Part shown: positions 60,476 to 64,000 of the stretch, piece by piece
Position numbering within the stretch: position 1 is the stretch's first letter
Layout of the letters: every line of letters begins with the position of its first letter
DNA from: a virus
Length of the DNA stretch: 64,000 nucleotides
Virus record (IMG/VR): IMGVR_UViG_3300007094_000006
Location: 32,797 to 96,796 of that record
Strand: one strand, 5' to 3'
The notes under the pieces: generated by a model
Databases searched by the model: none
Told to the model about the DNA's origin: nothing
What the model saw: the letters and a program-made list of their open reading frames with translations, nothing else
Position numbers and translations under genes: made by a program

Positions 60476-60796
60476 CTATAATTGGGCAATGATTTTGCTT
60501 CTGACCTTTATGGCAGTTCTGGGAACTCTTTTAAGAACCCTTAACTTTAACCCGTAATGACTCTCTAGGTGGTTTAGTGCTTCTAGGTATTCACTTTCAG
60601 CCGCAAGTTTTGAACCCTTTACCACTACTTCTGGAACGCATGGTCCCCAATCATCAGTATCTCTTTCCCATGACTCACAGTCACACCTTGAGTTTGTCCA
60701 GGCTATCTCTTCTGGGAATATTGCTATTATTCCTTGATTTTTGTCCACCGACTTATTCCATTTACGGAATATTACTTTAGTTTCTTGATTGTCCAT
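60476..60796 (-). CDS. hypothetical protein, KVIFRKW family copy 1
   Basis: tandem paralog. Confidence 0.75.
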   Translation of the reverse strand: MDNQETKVIFRKWNKSVDKNQGIIAIFPEEIAWTNSRCDCESWERDTDDWGPCVPEVVVKGSKLAAESEYLEALNHLESHYGLKLRVLKRVPRTAIKVRSKIIAQL

Positions 60797-61112
60797 TGCC
60801 TATCTCCCGTATTTTTTGTTGTCTGATTTCTATTGTATTGTCTCGTAGTCTTTGGATAACCTCTAATTTGTACCCGTAATGCTTTTCTAGGTAGCTTTTG
60901 ATCTCTTGGTATTCTCTTTCAGTCGCAGGTTTTGAATTTTTGATTACCTGTACAGGATCGCACGCACCATGCTCACCTACCCACTCCCACGAATTGCAAG
61001 TATAACAAGACATTGTACCTACATCTTCAGGAAATATTGCTATTATCCCTTGATTTTTGCCTACAGACTTATTCCATTTACGGAATATTACTTTTGTACT
61101 TTCAGTGTCCAT
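60777..61112 (-). CDS. hypothetical protein, KVIFRKW family copy 2
   Basis: tandem paralog; own promoter and RBS. Confidence 0.75.
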   Translation of the reverse strand: MDTESTKVIFRKWNKSVGKNQGIIAIFPEDVGTMSCYTCNSWEWVGEHGACDPVQVIKNSKPATEREYQEIKSYLEKHYGYKLEVIQRLRDNTIEIRQQKIREIGNGQSRN

Positions 61113-61159
61113 TGATTTACTCCTAACTTGCTATTGTCTCTATTATGTCACAATCTGCA

Positions 61160-61468
61160 TTACTTGTCAAGTGTCTCAAATTCTAAATTGTCCCAAAATT
61201 TACCTTGACTTTTTTTGACACCTGAAAAGGTTTTTTTGCAATCCTTGCATTGAAACATAGGGTATTTATCTCCCTTAACTGTCTCTTTATATGCCCTGAT
61301 TACCACGTCATAACTTCCACAATGTGGACACTGGCGACCTTTTAGAATTTCGTAGAACTTATTACAGGTTCTCAGAAATTCTTGATCTGTTACTGTTTTG
61401 TTACCCCATTCTACTATTAATGGTAACAATCTCTTTACTAGCGGTTCTCTTGAATGTGTCGGTGACAT
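61160..61468 (-). CDS. zinc-ribbon protein
   Basis: CPHCGS...FQCKDCKKTF. Confidence 0.75.
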   Translation of the reverse strand: MSPTHSREPLVKRLLPLIVEWGNKTVTDQEFLRTCNKFYEILKGRQCPHCGSYDVVIRAYKETVKGDKYPMFQCKDCKKTFSGVKKSQGKFWDNLEFETLDK

Positions 61469-61661
61469 TTAACTCCTATGTTTCTTTGCTTATGTACCTA
61501 TTATGGCATCCTTTTACTTCTTTGTCAATTAGTTTGTGACACTTTTCAAATTGGCATATCTTTGTCCTCACTATGTCACTCTCTTTTTTTTTGGAACCCC
61601 CTATTTTGGTTTTTTTTTAATACCATTTTGGGTGTTTTTTCAGGCTGTCTTGAGGTTTATA

Positions 61662-61979
61662 CTAATCCTCTAAACCGTTCATACAGTCAAAATAGACAAA
61701 ATCACTATCTTCTTTTAGCCACTCTACCGTGACATTGCCCCCATCTCCCAACTCTATGTCAGCTTCATAGTCTAAGATTTCTTGAAAATCCCCGCTATTC
61801 ATTGCCAACCATCTTTCAACGACTTCTCTTTTTTGTTCTTTGGTCAATTCCTTACCTAATCCTGAGTCTTCTAAATTCCCTACATCATAGGGGGATAACT
61901 CTTTTAACATAGCACAAGTCTGACCGTACCATCCTAATCCCACTATTCTGATTATGCTTTTGATTACCGTGTACTTCAT
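61662..61979 (-). CDS. hypothetical protein
   Basis: GGAGG RBS; cassette-type promoter. Confidence 0.72.
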   Translation of the reverse strand: MKYTVIKSIIRIVGLGWYGQTCAMLKELSPYDVGNLEDSGLGKELTKEQKREVVERWLAMNSGDFQEILDYEADIELGDGGNVTVEWLKEDSDFVYFDCMNGLED

Positions 61980-62202
61980 TTTTGACCTCCTATGGTCACT
62001 TCTCTATGTTCCTATTATGTCACTATTTCTCTCGACTTGTCCCTCGCTAGTGGACACTTTCAGAATTGGCACACATAGCCTATTTAAAATCTATATATAT
62101 ATATCACATTTTTTGACCGTCTTTCACCTTACAGTAGCACGTCTTTTGCTCTCTTTGATAGGGTTAGAAACATCATTTTATCTGTTTTTCCCTGCAATAG
62201 CT

Positions 62203-62395
62203 AGTGGTCTAAGTATTTATACCTATAGTATGCCCGTTCTGTCCCCCTTTTGGAGTGGTCTAAGTATTTTTACTCATAGTATGCCTGTACTAACCCCCTT
62301 TTGGAGTGGTCTAAGTATTTTTACTCATAGTATGCCTGTACTAACCCCTCTTTGCAGTGGTCTAAGTATTTATACTCATAGTCTCCCTGTACTAT
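62203..62395. repeat. 51-bp tandem repeat x4 containing AGTATGCCTGTACT (LexA-box-like)
   Basis: units start at 62203, 62254, 62305, 62356; degenerate copies at ~62560 and ~62759. Confidence 0.85.
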
Positions 62396-62536
62396 CCTTT
62401 TTTCGGCTATCCCCTCGCATGGTGCAAACTTCATTTTTGCCCCTGCATTTATTTTTAACTTTCAGCCTTTTCTACACATGGCGCAAACTTCATTTTCGCC
62501 CCTGCATTTCTTTTGGTTGCATTAGGTTGTGATTTG

Positions 62537-62920
62537 TGTCACAGGTTTTTGGGCTTTTTGTGGTCTAGGTATTTATACTCATGGCATCCCTGTCCTGCCC
62601 TCCCCTTGAAGACTATAGTATTCACGGGTTTTTGGACTTTTTGTTTCAATCCAGTTACGATTGAGTTTCGATTGTATTACATTTGTGTTTCAATCGTGTT
62701 ACATTTGTGTTTCGATTGTATTTCGATTGGTTCACACAGGTTTTTGGACTTTGTGTTTGTGGTCTAGGTATTTATACTCATGGCATCCCTGTCTCTCCCT
62801 ATCCGCCTTCCTGTGTACACTATGGTATTCACAAGTTTTTGGTCTTTTTGTTTCAATCCTGTTACGATTGTGTTACATTTGTATTTCATTTGTGTTACAG
62901 GGTTTTTGGACTTTGTGTGT
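62537..62920. repeat. ~199-bp duplication containing 11-bp-period GT(G/A)TT(A/T)C repeats
   Basis: periodic blocks at ~62643-62730 and ~62850-62900. Confidence 0.75.
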
Positions 62921-62958
62921 GTGACCGCCCCGCCTCCTTGTCTCTTCTATGTCTTCTT

Positions 62959-63244
62959 ATTGAGAATGATTCTCATTATCATTTTTTGTCCTCTTATTGA
63001 GAATGATTCTCATTATCCTTTTTCTGTCTTCTTATTGAGAATGATTCTCATTATCATTTTTTGTCCTCTTATTGAGAATGGTTCTCATTATCCTTTTTCT
63101 GTTATCTTATTGAGAATGATTCTCAATATCCTTTTTCTGTTATCTTATTGAAAATGATTCTCAATATCCTTTTTCTGTTATCTTATTGAAAATGATTCTC
63201 AATATCCTTTTTCTGTTATCTTATTGAAAATGATAATCATTCTC
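62959..63244. promoter_or_regulatory. tandem array of 8 Fur-box-like palindromes (37-38 bp period)
   Basis: TGAGAATGATTCTCA 7-1-7 palindrome; copies at 62959, 62996, 63034, 63071, 63109, 63147, 63185, 63223. Confidence 0.8.
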
Positions 63245-63543
63245 CTTTTTCTCATAATCTTCTCATAATCTTCTCATAATGGTTTTTGGTGAAATTTACC
63301 AATTATGGTGAGTCTGGTCAGCATTGGAGTTTCTCTATGCTGAATACGGTTTGCATTTGGTTTTCTCTATGCTAAGATTGCTAAATCTTCAACATTTAAT
63401 GCTTTTTCGCTCCTATCGAAAAATTTTGAGTCGAAAACCTGTCCGTTTTAGTGGTGGTTAATGAATGGTCTGGCTAAGTTCACCCAGATTTTTCCCAGTC
63501 TAGTACAATTTGTCGACGGTTTGCACCTTTAGTGACACCCAGA

Positions 63544-64000
63544 CTGTACTACTTTTAAAAAATCAATAAAACTCAGTCATATCAAGGGTTTTAATTTTTT
63601 GGTACTAATAAAATGCCATTAAAAAATCAATAAAACCCAGTCACTGTATGGGTTGGGTCTGTTTTGTACTATGTAGTGGGGGGGATAACTTTATTTTTTT
63701 TATCCACCCCTACTTGAATCGTCGCATTAAAAAAACCTCTAAAAAAGCTTTTCGTACCTTTTGCAAGCATTTGGAAGCTACAAGTACCTTTAAGTACCTT
63801 GAAATATTTCCTGCCATATTTTAACTGTTTTTAGATTTTTGAAATGTAACACCCAAGGTGTACTACTTTTAAAAAATCAATAAAACTCAATCATATCAAG
63901 GGTTTTAATTTTTTGACACTATTAAAACACCTTAAAAAATCAATAAAACCCAGTCACCGTATAGGTTAGGTCTGTTTTGTACTATGTAGTAGGGGGGGGG
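63544..64000 (+). repeat. repeat locus 4: two diverged arms(+) at ~63544-63728 and ~63859 to window end
   Basis: same arm motifs with variant spacers; truncated by the window. Confidence 0.9.

Noticed and set aside
61160-61468. IS1-like transposase
   Set aside because: Only a zinc ribbon, with no catalytic ORF or terminal inverted repeats; it carries the early cassette promoter
61954-63151. Five overlapping hydrophobic plus-strand ORFs
   Set aside because: T-rich tandem repeats lack stops in several frames at once; no RBS and no consistent frame
62959-63244. Mini-CRISPR array
   Set aside because: Spacers are only ~16-19 nt and nearly identical to each other

Overview
AT-rich, gene-dense segment of a large tailed cyanophage (or plasmid-like prophage). 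The host is probably Microcystis-like, inferred from ACTGATA heptamer repeats, a cyanobacterial-type tnpB element and a cyanobacterial-type tRNA-Met. 0-14 kb holds morphogenesis and packaging genes: tail tube, tail chaperone with a -1 frameshift, PhoH, MazG, terminase with two inteins, portal. 15-46 kb holds replication, nucleotide metabolism and lysis genes: 5'-3' exonuclease, muramidase, SF3 helicase, RNA ligase plus tRNA-Met, three KilA-N paralogs, a frameshifted tnpB IS, C5 methyltransferase, Dda-like helicase, free-standing LAGLIDADG, a mitochondrial-type DNA polymerase gamma split by a 294-nt group I intron, RNR alpha and dNMP kinase. 47-62 kb is an early region of small, often duplicated genes, each driven by a shared palindrome plus sigma70 promoter cassette, with RNR beta embedded in it. 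The most unusual structures are non-coding: (i) four dispersed loci built from ~190-bp arms, inverted around a promoter-bearing AT-rich core in the three complete loci; (ii) about 35-40 copies of a 24-bp palindrome tied to -35 boxes; (iii) a gene-free 62.2-63.3 kb block of tandem host-regulator-like sites, including 8 Fur boxes, a candidate DNA decoy array. All calls are by-eye motif recognition; no database searches were run.
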